Assembly (NCBI GenBank): GCA_963693365.1
Contig: CAVNZM010000003.1
Span: forward strand, 14,230,914-14,294,913
DNA from: Amoebidium appalachense
Lineage: Eukaryota; Protista; Ichthyosporea
Reading direction: 5' to 3'
Length of the DNA: 64,000 nucleotides
This document shows, piece by piece, positions 13,157 to 24,848 of this stretch. A model generated the notes under the pieces. It searched no databases. It was not told the origin of the DNA and was given only the letters and a program-made list of their open reading frames with translations. The position numbers were made by a program, and so were the translations under genes. The first letter of the stretch is position 1, and each line of letters starts with the position of its first letter.

Positions 13157-14511
13157 CTCCCCCACCTCATCTGCCTGCTACCCTATGGATCACACCCTTC
13201 GTTTCTCACGTATTCACTAACTCTCCCCCTTCCTCTCTCCCTCCCCCCCCCCCTCCCCCCCCCCCCCCCCCCCCCCAACCCCCCCCCCACCCCTTCCCCC
13301 AACACTCACCCTCCCCCCTTGCCCCCTCAACACACACACACCTTCGTACACACACAACAGATGGTGGAGAACATCAGAAGATACGAGGCTATGGCATTCC
13401 TCTCCAGCCTGGCTGACAGTAACCTCTTGGACAGAGGTGAGGTGGAGGACCCTAGTGGTGTTGTGGAGGACCCACTGGCTGTTGCAGCACAAGAAGAGGC
13501 CATTGCAGAGAAGCTTGGGGAGGATTTCATCCTGATCGGTGCAGTCCCCCCTTACCCAGTTAACCATAAAGAATATCCCCCCCCCCCCCCCAACACACAC
13601 ACACAGAGACATGTGCATCGGTGGTCTTTTTTGATTTATTACCTCCACGTGGTGCTGGGTCGGACGACCAACTGTCCAATCGATGTACGAATGTATTCGT
13701 GGGTGTTCCAATTGGGTGTTAACGTATCATCCTCGTTTACCAACAAGGTGTTCGTACCCATTACATTAGTATCCTAGGACACGTGAACACTCTGATCTAG
13801 GCACAGGGTAATACCATTGAATACACTCGTATAGTTGATGGCAATTTCGAAGGGTTGAACCCCCCTCCCCCCCCCCCCCCCCCCACCCCCCCAGTGCAAC
13901 TAAGGACTTCCCGTGCATAGTGCACCGTTCCCCCCACCAGCATACACGACCACAACCTTTCCACGGCCTAGGGGGGCTTGCACAAACTGTTTAAGCATGC
14001 AGCAACATATCGCGCAAACAATTTTACACCGCAAAGACCCCCCCCCCCCCCCCCCCCCCCCCTTCCATCCCCAGCAAACGGAAAACATAACAAACCGACA
14101 TAACCACTCACACACACTATACCTTTTTCTACCTTTTTCTGATAGGTAAGGAACCAAAGCCGGTCTTCCTACGCCAACTTGACCAGACCTATCCTGGATG
14201 GAACGGGAACTACCATGCGTCCGTCAAGAAGCATCCTCAACTGAAGCAACTTCCGGCCCGCCTACAGTGGGCTTTAACCCCACCAGAGCAGCGGCCTGGC
14301 GGGGCACGGCTGCGTCGGGACCAGATGCCCAACCCTGACGAGAATCAGGTGTGTTATTTTTCAGGGCACCTCTCCCTCTCTCCACCTCTCCTCCCCCACC
14401 CACTCTGCCTTTCCTTCATCCCTATCCTCACCCTGCTCCCCCTCCCCCATCCTCCCTCCCCCCCTCCTCCCCCCCCCCCCCCTTTTTCCTTGTGTTACAT
14501 GTTCTCATCAC

Positions 14512-14552
<41 letters not shown>

Positions 14553-15002
14553 ACGCACACACACACAAAACCCTTCCAACAACCTTTTGCCCAGATACAC
14601 GTCTACCGGTCCATCCACATCAGAGAGGAGGGAAGCAAGTTATACTTCCGGGTGGTGGCATCGGACTCATTCTATGGGAGCCCTCGCTACGACAGCATTC
14701 AGGTGGATGCTGTTGACGACCAAGGCAACAAGGACGAGTGGTATGCGCGGGTCTTGTGTTTGTTTAAATGCATGCACGAGGGAGAACGTAGGTGCTTTGC
14801 ATTCGTTCAGTGGTATGAGAAGAAAGGGATGTGTTGTCGGTGTGGGTGTGAAAAGCTGGTTCTTGTAGACCATTACGAATGCATAGAGGTGGAATCGATT
14901 CTAGGGCTCGTGCACGTGGTTCCTAGGTTTGGAAAGGGCCCCAATGATTTCTATGTAAACAGGTTTATCTACCTGGGGACTGTGACTGAGCGCCAGAGCT
15001 GA
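4825..15002 (+). CDS. Plavaka-type transposase (PF18759-like), 12 exons, ~961 aa, with an N-terminal C2HC zinc finger and a C-terminal beta-rich domain
   Basis: Exons 4825-5289, 5497-5649, 6069-6290, 6608-6756, 6843-7091, 8922-9117, 9334-9636, 9847-10001, 12912-13116, 13361-13538, 14146-14348, 14595-15002 sum to 2886 nt in one frame. Motifs occur in Plavaka order: RIYGEHSSSDWF, LILYSDQTKLTVFGNTTCYPVYLSIGNI, AIAYIP, YITDWPE, CHYC, PERMHQAESGVF, ELDRRWKALPPFPYLR, FIKFHVGKHY..FG..EGGERHH..KVAYKSTN, PRYDSI, YARVLCLF, AFVQWY, VHVVPRF, FYVNRF. One donor (9637) is non-canonical. Confidence 0.88.
7210..7420 (+). repeat. ~200-bp intronic module, also present at ~8410-8600 (inverted), ~10130-10320 and ~13680-13870
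   Basis: All four locations share ...tgaacactctgatctag.cacagggtaataccattgaatacactcgtatagttgatggcaatttcgaagggttgaacccc..., and each is followed by the 177-bp unit. Confidence 0.85.
7626..8749 (-). repeat. Inverted ~1.1-kb copy of the exon 8 end plus intron 8 start, lying inside intron 5
   Basis: 8706-8749 is the reverse complement of exon 8 sequence 9965-10008 (ESLDQLTKQYELY). It is followed by the intron-8 poly-C run, the module and about four 177-bp units in reverse orientation. Confidence 0.88.
10350..12862 (+). repeat. 177-bp tandem repeat (~14 copies) in intron 8 of the Plavaka gene
   Basis: The anchor ggcttagggggg recurs at 10573, 10750, 10927 and onward with 177-bp spacing; the ORF track shows a 59-aa repeating translation. 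Confidence 0.95.
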
Positions 15003-15319
15003 GTATGTAATTGGTCGTGCACGTGTAATCATCAATCTCCTTGGCTTGCATTATTTGATGTGTGTGTGTGTGTGTGTGTGTGTGTGATATTGATAGGACC
15101 CGATAAAGAAGTGTGTGTGTTCGTGTGTTGTTCAACTGACTGTTCAGTAACTATACGTGAATAGTCATAACCTAAGAGGACGATGAGTATTACATTGTGC
15201 CGCCTGTTTGTTTGAATGTTCGTACCCATAGAATGAAGGAAACCGAAACTGTGTACCGTAAAGTTTGTAACAGCATGAATGCCCCTTTACGATCTCAAAA
15301 TAAATCGAAGGACTGTATA

Positions 15320-15341
15320 ACCCGTGTGTGCGTGTGTGCGC

Positions 15342-15387
<46 letters not shown>

Positions 15388-15690
15388 ATATGTCCGTGTG
15401 TGCATGCATATATGTGCGTACGCGCGCGGGTGTGTGTGCGTGTGTGACCCACAACACAGCCACACAGCGCACGCACAAACGCGTGCATGCATGCACGCAC
15501 GCACACACACACACACACACACACGCACGCACACACACACACATACACGCACACACACACAGACACACATACACGCACACACACGCACACACACACACAC
15601 GCACACACACATACACAAAACACATACACACACGTGCGCGCAGGCACACACGCACGCACGCGCACACACACACGCATATACAGACACACG
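15320..15690. repeat. (CGTG)n / (CA)n compound microsatellite
   Basis: Direct reading of the sequence. Confidence 0.9.
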
Positions 15691-16329
15691 TCACAGAACT
15701 CCAAACAAGCACGTAGGCACTCAACAGTGTATTCACGAATACATGATGTGTTCACAAGGCGACGATGTTCAGGGATATTCGTCCAATCAAAAGTCTCCAA
15801 ATATTTCCCACAATCACAACGACCGAGGATGTTTTTGCCCTATATAAAGCCAGTATTCCCACCACTACTAATTGTGCGCAGGTATACCTGCGCACATATT
15901 AGCACTCCACATGACGTAGTATTAAAAACCCGTGGATATATATTTTTTTTCGTGCTCACTACTATATTATAGCCTTGCTAATTAATCAATATTTGAGCTC
16001 TTTGCTGTTTATTTCATATTTTACATTTCGCCGCGAGCTGCAAACAGAGTTGGCTTTTATATTTATTGAAGGGTATCGATACCTGCGTATTTCAAATAAT
16101 ACCGTCAAACATTTATAATAAAATTTGTTGATGTCTATACAGTGTTTCAAATAAACCTTCTTAAAACATTCAATCTATATTTTAGCTTTTTAGCACATCC
16201 CCCCCTTTTTTTAGTTATCTACGCAGTGGTTTTTGTCGCTCTCCCTTGCCTGGGTGCTTTAAAAAGCTATATATCGGCGGTGTCCGTTTGTGTTCATGGC
16301 ACGTTCAACGTGTATTCAGCGTGAGCACT

Positions 16330-16780
16330 CGTTTGCACTGATGGATATTCAGTTGCACCAAGCTCCTCCCCTGCCGGCGGCGGCGAACGCGGCGGAGCTG
16401 CGTTCGAATCGTGCTCAATCCTGTACAAAAACGTTCTAATCGACTGTTCGCAGAATGAAAAATAAAAAAATGGCACGAAAACTGGCCAAAATGGTGTTAC
16501 AAATTTACTGGAATGCAACAGTATATACAAAAACGTACAAAAACGTTCGGGTTGGGCACTTTGTTGCATTTTTGAGCATTCAGCGAATGTACATCCGGGA
16601 AACTGGGTACTGGTCATAACGATCTGTGCCAGAGCCGCTGTCCATTGGTGGATCTCACTCAGGATCATGGTGGCATATCCGCGGTGTACATGTGGGGTTT
16701 AATTTCGCTCTTCTCTTTCTTTTCTCGTTTGTTGTAACCAGCACAGCGTTACAAGGCGGTCGCAGTAGACGCAATAAATC

Positions 16781-16824
<44 letters not shown>

Positions 16825-17353
16825 CGTACTACTCCCACCGTCACGCGAACCTGCCTCGCTCAGCCTTGCTCGATGCACGTATCCGTGTGTGTTCATGGAA
16901 TGTTCAATCGGAACATTTGTGGATAGCCATTGGCACCCAGCTCCTCCCCTGCCGGCGCGGCGGAGCTGCGTTCGAATCGTGCTCAATCCTGTACAAAAAC
17001 GTTCTAATCGACTGTTCGCCGAATGAAAAATAAAAAATTGGCACGAAAACTGGCCAAAATGGTGTTACAAATTTACTGGAATGCAACAGTATGTACAAAA
17101 ACGTACAAAAACGTTCGGGTTGGGCACTTTTTTGCATTTTTGAGCATTCAGCGAATGTACATCCGGGAAACTGGGTACTGGTCATGACGATCTGTGCCAG
17201 AGCCGCTGGCCATTGGTGGATCTCACTCAGGATCATGGTGGCATATCCGCGGTGTACATGTGGGGTATAATTTCGCTCTTCTCTTTCTTTTCTCGTTTGT
17301 TGTAACCAGCACAGCGTTACAAGGCGGTCGCAGTAGACGCAATAAAGCTACTA

Positions 17354-17385
<32 letters not shown>

Positions 17386-17770
17386 TTATATATATATATA
17401 TATATATTACGTACTACTCCCACCGTCACGCGAACCTGCCTTGCTCAGCCTCACTCGATGCGCGTATCCGTGTGTGTTCATGGAATGTTCAATCAGAACA
17501 TTTGTGGATAGCCATTGGCACCCAGCTCCTCCCCTGCCGGCGCGGCGGAGCTGCGTTCGATGGAAAACGGAAACGGGAAGCGAATGTACATCCGGGAAAC
17601 TGGGTACTGGTCATGACGATCTGTGCCAAAGCCGCTGGCCATTGGTGGATCTCATTCAGGAATGCGGCGAGCGCAGCAAGGCCGTTTCAATGGGCGTACA
17701 TCCAACCTTTTTTCGTTTCGGTCCGGTCTGTTCTTTGCAAAAAGCACAGCGTTACAGGGCGGTCAAAGTA
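16330..17770. repeat. ~570-585-bp tandem repeat: two full copies, each with a (TA)n tract, plus one internally deleted copy
   Basis: agctcctcccctgccggcg recurs at ~16360, ~16939 and ~17524; near-identical ORFs at 16626 and 17194. Confidence 0.9.
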
Positions 17771-17867
17771 GCTAGACACAGCCTTCACTTAGTAATTCTT
17801 ATATAAGCATACCCGAACCTTTCCCTGTCGTTCCCTTACGTTTCTCCGCCATAGTATAACCTTCAAC

Positions 17868-19125
17868 ATGAGCGATTCGCCAGCAGACGCGCAACAAAAG
17901 GTAGTTGTTGAGTAAAAATTGATGAGTTGGTCGTGAAAATCCAAAATGGCCTGAACATTTCGACTCTTTCAATTCCTCTCGGTACAACAAGCCCTCTTCA
18001 GTTTGTTTCAACAACACCTGATCAAGTCGGCAGGCCAAATCGCCAACTTGGGTTTCAAGCCCCCACCCCCGCTAGGGCCTCCCCGCCGGCCTCTCACCCG
18101 CTTGTACCAGAAAACCGCGTCATCACACCCGCCGTTGCTCGCCAGCTCATCACGGACATCGGCGCAGACAAATGGCTGTCGTGCCTCTGTGTCCGGGCTC
18201 CCCAGGTCGAGGGCGTTACCGTGCAGCGGGAACCGTCGAGTTTTGGACAATGCGTAGGGTACAGTGCACCCCCTCACAACGCCACTCAGTGCAAGAAGAA
18301 AGCAACGGAGGAAGGTGGTCTGTGTGTGCTGCACCAGGCACAACTTGGGACCGGAGGAGGCTATGGCCAGGTTCACATTGGTCCCCTCTTTCCCCATCTC
18401 TCCTACTCACACACATTGTCACCCTGACGAGCAGACATCTTTGTGCCTGGATACTCACACTCTAGCTCCCCACAGTCTTGCACCTCACCTCTGTCTCTTG
18501 TTTCTTCGCATATACCCCCCCTCGCCCCCACCAGCTTTCCTCCGCCCCTCCCCCCCTCCCCCTTCCCCCCTTACACGGTCTGAACCCGAGTTGTCTTTCT
18601 GACGTTTCTCCCACTCTCATCTTGCTCCCCCCCCCCCCCCCCCCCGCCTAAACCTCCCCCCCCCCCCCCCCCCGTCCCCAACCAATACTTCCCCTTCCCT
18701 CCTCTCCTCTCACTTCTCCTGGGCCATCCCCTCTTCCCCCCTACACACACACCCTCCCCCTTCCCCCCCCCCCCCCCCTCCCCCCTTCCCCCCCCCCCCC
18801 CCCCTGGGCCCCTCCTGCACACACTCAGGTTCACAAATGCAAGAAGTTCTTGTGCGCAAACCTGGTCACCTGCTGCGAAGGGTACTGTGTGTCCCATACA
18901 GTTCACTTCCATCTTGAGCGCAACGGTGAGACACCCCCCCCTCCCCCCCCCCCCCCCCCATCCCCCCCCCCCCCCCCTCCCCCGCCCTTCCTTCCCCAGT
19001 CCCCCGCTCGCCCCCCACCGCCCCCTCACCCCACTAGCCTGCGGTTTAAACCAACCGGCCTTTGAACAGGAGTGTGGCCTCATGTTTGTTACTTCTTAGT
19101 GTTCTTTTGCTAACCCCCAGGATCC

Positions 19126-19158
<33 letters not shown>

Positions 19159-19303
19159 GCCCCTCATCAGCCACATACATTCCTTCCCCATGCTCTGCTT
19201 GCACCCCCCCCCCCCCCCCCCCCTAAACCTGCCGTCCCCTTCCCCACCCCCCCCCCCCCCACCACGCACACACGGACACGCACACGCGTGCACACTTACA
19301 CAC

Positions 19304-19351
<48 letters not shown>

Positions 19352-19466
19352 ACATACACACACACAAACACCACACACACACACACACATACACACACAC
19401 ACACATGCACACACACATGCAGGTTCTCAGATAGTTCACTCGCCTGCGGCAGCATCTTCAAGTTAA
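17868..19466 (+). CDS. Small 4-exon protein (~180 aa) with two Cys/His putative zinc-binding motifs
   Basis: Exons 17868-17900, 18002-18370, 18829-18925 and 19423-19466 (all GT-AG, 543 nt, in frame). Motifs [29 protein letters not shown] and [20 protein letters not shown]. Confidence 0.65.
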
Positions 19467-20131
19467 CGAAGCCACCACCAAGCTACTAGGGACTGCCGTT
19501 AATTTAGTAATAAAAGAAAGTGATAAAAAAACCTTGAGTCCGGGTCCTTAACCCCCCCCCCCCCCCCCCCCCCCCCCATCCTTTTGCATACATGAATATG
19601 CAGGCTGAATGTACATGTACACGGTAGTTGTACTACTGGAATATACCATCTTCTTCATATTCATTAGCATTCATATTCATATTCAATATTATCTGAGATG
19701 TGCCCAGCTACTATCCATGTATGTTCACGAAGAGTATGGGGTTAGTACACATGAGTACCATATGGACACTATGCGGTGCAATGGAATACATAGTGTATAG
19801 GTGATATTCAGAGGGTATTCATAGGATATTGTGTGGTACCAGTGACTGTTCAGTATGAGTATTTGGGTTGGTATACTATACGTGTTCATAGTGTGTTACA
19901 AGAATACAATCGAATACGCGTTGCGTGGGTACTACTTGAATGTTCGTCATTAGGTATTCACATATATTCCGCATGTGTTCCATATGTGTTCGTCTGACAT
20001 TCATAAGGCATTCATGAATACATGGTGCCCGTTAGTGTTCATTGGAATGCCATACACGTGTACGAGTGTATCATTTAATGTTCTGGCTGAATATTCATGG
20101 TCGCGTTTTGGACAGTATATTCCAATAATAT

Positions 20132-20398
20132 TCAAGTACACCCCGGGGGGGTTTGCTGATGGGCGGCCAGGACGGCGTCTTGAGAAGTCATCTGCGGGGA
20201 CGGCGGGGCCTGAGGGGGGACTTCAGGAGTGGAGGGGAGAGTAGCCGGCGGGTCCGGGTCCGTGGTGGTATGGGCCGCTGGAGGCGCGTCAGTGTCCGCG
20301 GGAGCGTTGGTCAGCCTGTGGCGGAGGTCGCTGCGGGTCAGGCGCTTAGGTGCCGCGGCAGGGGCGGCTGCTGAGGCCTGGCGCTTTTTCGGCGGCAT
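20132..20398 (-). CDS. Short Pro/Ala-rich ORF or first exon starting MPPKKRQ (NLS-like)
   Basis: GC-rich island in AT-richer context with ATG at 20398: MPPKKRQASAAAPAAAPKRLTRSDLRHRL. No downstream exons identified. Confidence 0.4.
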   Translation of the reverse strand: MPPKKRQASAAAPAAAPKRLTRSDLRHRLTNAPADTDAPPAAHTTTDPDPPATLPSTPEVPPQAPPSPQMTSQDAVLAAHQQTPPGCT

Positions 20399-20532
20399 GC
20401 TGACCGGCGTAGGGAAAGATAGGGAGAATGAAAAGGAATATATAGCTGTAAGGCTGTGGATGCTAAACACAGAAGATGTGTTTGTAGCTTGCTGATCTGC
20501 TAAAAACTGTCGTGCTTATATACCTAAGCCTA

Positions 20533-20625
20533 CCGATCTGAGCCAATCAAAAATCGATCTAGTGATATGTGAAATCTGATCCGAGCCAATCATAACTCGG
20601 TCTAGTGATCTGTGGTATCTGATGT
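20533..20625. promoter_or_regulatory. Duplicated ~45-bp CCAAT-containing element between two divergent genes
   Basis: gagccaatca....tc.(a/g)tctagtgat.tgtg..atctgat occurs twice, between the 20398 (-) start and the MTase-like gene (+). Confidence 0.35.
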
Positions 20626-20959
20626 TTTGACTGGCTAATAGGTGCCCGTGTGCGGGCAGCCAACCGCTAACTGCTAAAACACGAAATGAAGCCTACATGG
20701 TTATGTTGGTATCGAACACCCATCCTACGTGTTTACCCAGAAAAATATTTATGTCAATAATTTCCACAAATAAAACCCGTACGTACCATTTTCATTTTAT
20801 CTCTCCACTCTCCCTCCCTCCCTTGCCTGCTAGACTTGAGCCCCACCCATATTCCCTTTCCTCCTCCCCCCATGCATTGGGACGTCCCTGAGGATGGGCT
20901 CTACTCATGCTTCCTACTTGCGTTTGTGCATCACTTAAAAGTTTGTCCATTGCGAATCT

Positions 20960-21044
20960 GTGCTTCGTGACTGTGTACCGCATTCTAAACCCCCCCCCCC
21001 CACCCCCCTCCCCCCCCTGGAACCCTTTTCCTTTCCGTTTGCCC

Positions 21045-21075
<31 letters not shown>

Positions 21076-21149
21076 ACACTATCAACACGGGTGTCCCAGC
21101 TGTCCTCTTGTGCATTTCTCCCATCTTGTCTTTCCACATGTGTTCAGTT

Positions 21150-21181
<32 letters not shown>

Positions 21182-22340
21182 CCCCGTCCTCCCAGTCCCC
21201 CTTCCGTTTTCCTTCCTCCAACCTCCCCCCACCCCTATCACCACATGTGTCCCAGTGTTCTCTTGTGCATTTCTCCTATCTTGTCATTCCACACGTGTTC
21301 TCCCCCCCCCCCCCCCCCCTTTTGTCCTCCGGAACCCCGTCCTCCTTCAAGCTTCCTTCCTCGCCCATCGTCCCTTCCCCGTCCCCCCCCCCCCCCCCCC
21401 CCCCTTCCCTTTTAGTCCACTCTCTTCCGTATATTCACACTTCCTGCTTCTTCCTTTCTCCCCCCCCCCCCCCCCCCTCCCCTCCCCCCCCCCCCCCACA
21501 CACACACACACATTCACACACTCTCCCCCTAACGGGTCTCCTTCCAGTTTTCTTCACCCCCTCTCCCCCCCCCCCCCCCCCCCATCCTCTACAGCTCTAT
21601 GTGTGCTGCATGAGTTGTCACGTGTTCATCACGCTGTTTGTTGTCTGATTGTGTTTCGTGACTGGGTACCACATCCCCCCCCCCCCCCCCCCCCCACCAC
21701 CACACCCCAACCCCCTACCCCCCCCCCCCCACACACACACACACTATCAACACGGGTGTCCCAGCTGTCCTCTTGTGCATTTCTCCCATCTTGTCTTTCC
21801 ACATGTGTTCCTCCCCCCCCCCCCCCCCCCCCCCCCCCCGTCCTCCCAGTCCCCCTTCCGGTTTCCTTCCTCCCCCCTCCCCCCCACCCCTATCACCACG
21901 TGTATCCCAGCTGTTCTCTTGTGCATTTCTCCTATCTTGTCCTTCCACACGTGTTCTCCCCCCCCCCCCCCCCTTGTCCTCCGGGACCCCGTCCTCCTTC
22001 AAGCTTCCTTCCTCGCCCGTCGTCCCTTCCCCCGTCCCCCCCCCCCCCCCCTCCCCCTTCCCTTTCAGTCCACTCTCTTCCGTACATTCACACTTCCTGC
22101 TTCTTCCTTCCCCCCCCCCCCCCCCTCCCCCCTCCCCTCCCCCCCCCCACACACACACACATTCACACACTCCCCCCTCCCGGGTCTCCTTCCAGTTTCC
22201 TTCACCCCCCTCTCCTCCCCCCCCCCCCCCCCATCCTCTACAGCTCTATGTGTGCTGCATGAGTTGTCACGTGTTCATCACGCTGTTTGTTGTCAGATTG
22301 TGTTTCGTGACTGGGTACCACATCCCCCCCCCCCCCCCCC
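20960..22340. repeat. ~690-bp C-rich tandem duplication inside the first intron of the MTase-like gene
   Basis: actatcaacacgggtgtcccagctgtcc at ~21078 and ~21742; acagctctatgtgtgctgcatgag at ~21591 and ~22240. Confidence 0.85.
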
Positions 22341-22584
22341 CCCCTCTCCCCCCAACCCTCCCCCAACCCTCCCATCCACACACCGCAATATAGGCTAAGC
22401 CTTACATTTCCCCTTTCTCCTTGATAGGGTGGCTTCCCGTACGTGCGCATCGACGCCCCATCAAGCATCGAAGCTGGGGACAACGGATGGGGAGACGGGT
22501 CCAACGTGCCCTTCACAAATGAAAACTACAAGACAATCCTGACCAAGTATGTTATTTTGATATTATCCCACTGAAATCGTTATC

Positions 22585-22619
<35 letters not shown>

Positions 22620-22873
22620 ACAAGGCTCCCCTTTTGTGATCCCGCTTGAAGTTCCCAACAAATTTGCAACGTCTACCTTAGCAGCATCGTTGAGCCCCCC
22701 CCCCCCCCCCCCCCCCCCTTTCCGGGTGTGCGCATGGATCCTTCATGCCCCCACCTACCCTCCCTTGGCAACCCTGATGTCCTCACACACACACACACAC
22801 ACACACTGTCCGACGGGTACACTCACTATTGGGCACACACACACACACACACACACACTTCTATGACCCCCCC

Positions 22874-22904
<31 letters not shown>

Positions 22905-23334
22905 ATTTTTATTCTGCGGCCTTCCGGACAATGTGTAAGCGTTAGGTTTACCCGGGGTTGTTTTCAGGTTACAAGTTATAGGCTGCATTGTTGTGACTGT
23001 TCCAGTGTGTGGGTTAATCATGTCTACCCCCCCCCCCCCTATGTATGATGCATGATGATGGCATTGCATTTTTCTTTGTGGCTCGACAGGAAGTTGATTG
23101 GTGGGGTTCAATTCCACACTGACACACGAAATTTTAACTGTTGCACACACATAGTGGTTTCCCACTTACACACTCGTTGCATCCCATCACAGCCTGAAAA
23201 AATGGAACGAGACGCTCGGCCGCAGCGAATTTGTACTGGTTGCCTCCTTCTTTGGCCCAGTCGACTACGCGCAATTCGTTTTATTGATGTCGGAGCTCGG
23301 ACACGCCATGGACGACTACATGTATTGTCCATCC

Positions 23335-24414
23335 TGTTGGAAGTAGAGTCCGCTGTGACTAGGGTCGTCGTGGCGCGCTTGGGCGCTGACCCGTTTTTTA
23401 CTGCTTTCAGTGTGTTAACTCCATGACTGAACTCCATGACTGAACTCCATGACTGAACTCCATGACTGAACTCCATGACTGAACTCCATGTCTGCACCTG
23501 GCAGAGCCGTGGCTTATATACCCGTGGGGCAGCAGTCTGGAATGTAATCCGGATGCCAGGCGCTAATCGGATTGGTTACTTTCATTTAGATATCTCTGGG
23601 ACCAGTGAACCAATCGTTTGCAGTCAAAACACAATTGGCAACATTCCTCAACTATGCAGATGTGCATGTGGTGATCGAGTGTCAGCGTGTGTCTGTGTAC
23701 ACGGAACCAATTGTAAAGCTAACATACACATATTGTGGAGTGAGCGTAAGTCTGCACTCCAACACCCCTACCCAATTGGAGAAGTGTACACACCACTAGA
23801 GAAGAGAGAGTGAGTGTGGCTACTTGCAGGGTAGACCGGGGTGTGCATTCCACTGTGGTGCTTGCCCCGCCAATGAAGTGGAATACTTGACGTTGATGTC
23901 GCAGGCTGCTGCGGATGGAGTTTGTGGAAGCGAAAGTCTCTAATGAAGTTAGAGGCCGCGGTGTCGTGTCTGGGCCCATAACCCTGTTGGAAGTAGAGTC
24001 CGCTGTGACTAGGGTCGTCGTGGCGCGCTTGGGCGCTGACCCGTTTTTTACTGCTTTCAGTGTGTTAACTCCATGACTGAACTCCATGACTGAACTCCAT
24101 GACTGAACTCCATGACTGAACTCCATGACTGAACTCCATGTCTGCACCTGGCAGAGCCGTGGCTTATATACCCGTGGGGCAGCAGTCTGGAATGTAATCC
24201 GGATGCCAGGCGCTAATCGGATTGGTTACTTTCATTTAGATATCTCTGGGACCAGTGAACCAATCGTTTGCAGTCAAAACACAATTGGCAACATTCCTCA
24301 ACTATGCAGATGTGCATGTGGTGATCGAGTGTCAGCGTGTGTCTGTGTACACGGAACCAATTGTAAAGCTAACATACACATATTGTGGAGTGAGCGTAAG
24401 TCTGCACTCCAACA
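23335..24414 (-). mobile_element. TRIM (miniature non-autonomous LTR retrotransposon)
   Basis: Two apparently identical 430-bp LTRs (23335-23764, 23985-24414) with TGTTGGA...TCCAACA ends and a 220-bp non-coding interior. Minus-strand PBS GGTTATGGGCCCA next to the 5' LTR and purine-rich TGGGTAGGGG before the 3' LTR. 5-bp TSD CATCC at 23330-23334 and 24415-24419. Each LTR has a 13-bp internal tandem repeat ACTCCATGACTGA. Confidence 0.93.
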
Positions 24415-24848
24415 CATCCACCAAGGGCAGCAGCACCACTCACCTCAAGAAGCCGGACGGACCGGGCCGCTATGTCCTCGCTGTGCACATCACCCCCCAC
24501 AAGAATCACCGACCAAGCGGGTTCTTTTTTGCTGAGCCCGAGGAGGACAAATCAAGTTGGTTGGCGCAGGCACATTACCCGCGTGGTGACATTACGCAGA
24601 GAATGGGGATCGATTACTTGCGGGATGGTGAAAAGAACATCATTTGCCCCCAACAGGTAAACCCCCCCCACCCCTCCCCGCTTCTCCCCCTCCCCGCTTC
24701 TCCCCCCCCCCCCCCCCCTCCCGAGGCCGCCAGGCGCTACTGCCACTCCCACCCTATCTCTTCTCTGGCCCCATTATTCTCCTGTCACAAACACGCGCAC
24801 GATCTGTTTCATGTGCACCCACGTGCACGGCACTGGCGCTTTCCTGTT

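Noticed and set aside
20907-22398. Proline-rich extensin-like ORFs
   Set aside because: Products of poly-C tracts in a duplicated intronic segment.
23418-23490. Short regular repeats resembling a CRISPR array
   Set aside because: 13-bp head-to-tail repeats with no spacers, inside a TRIM LTR; eukaryotic context and no cas genes.
24255-24419. N-terminal part of the 244-aa ORF as an MTase exon
   Set aside because: It lies within the TRIM LTR; the genuine frame resumes after the TSD at 24420.
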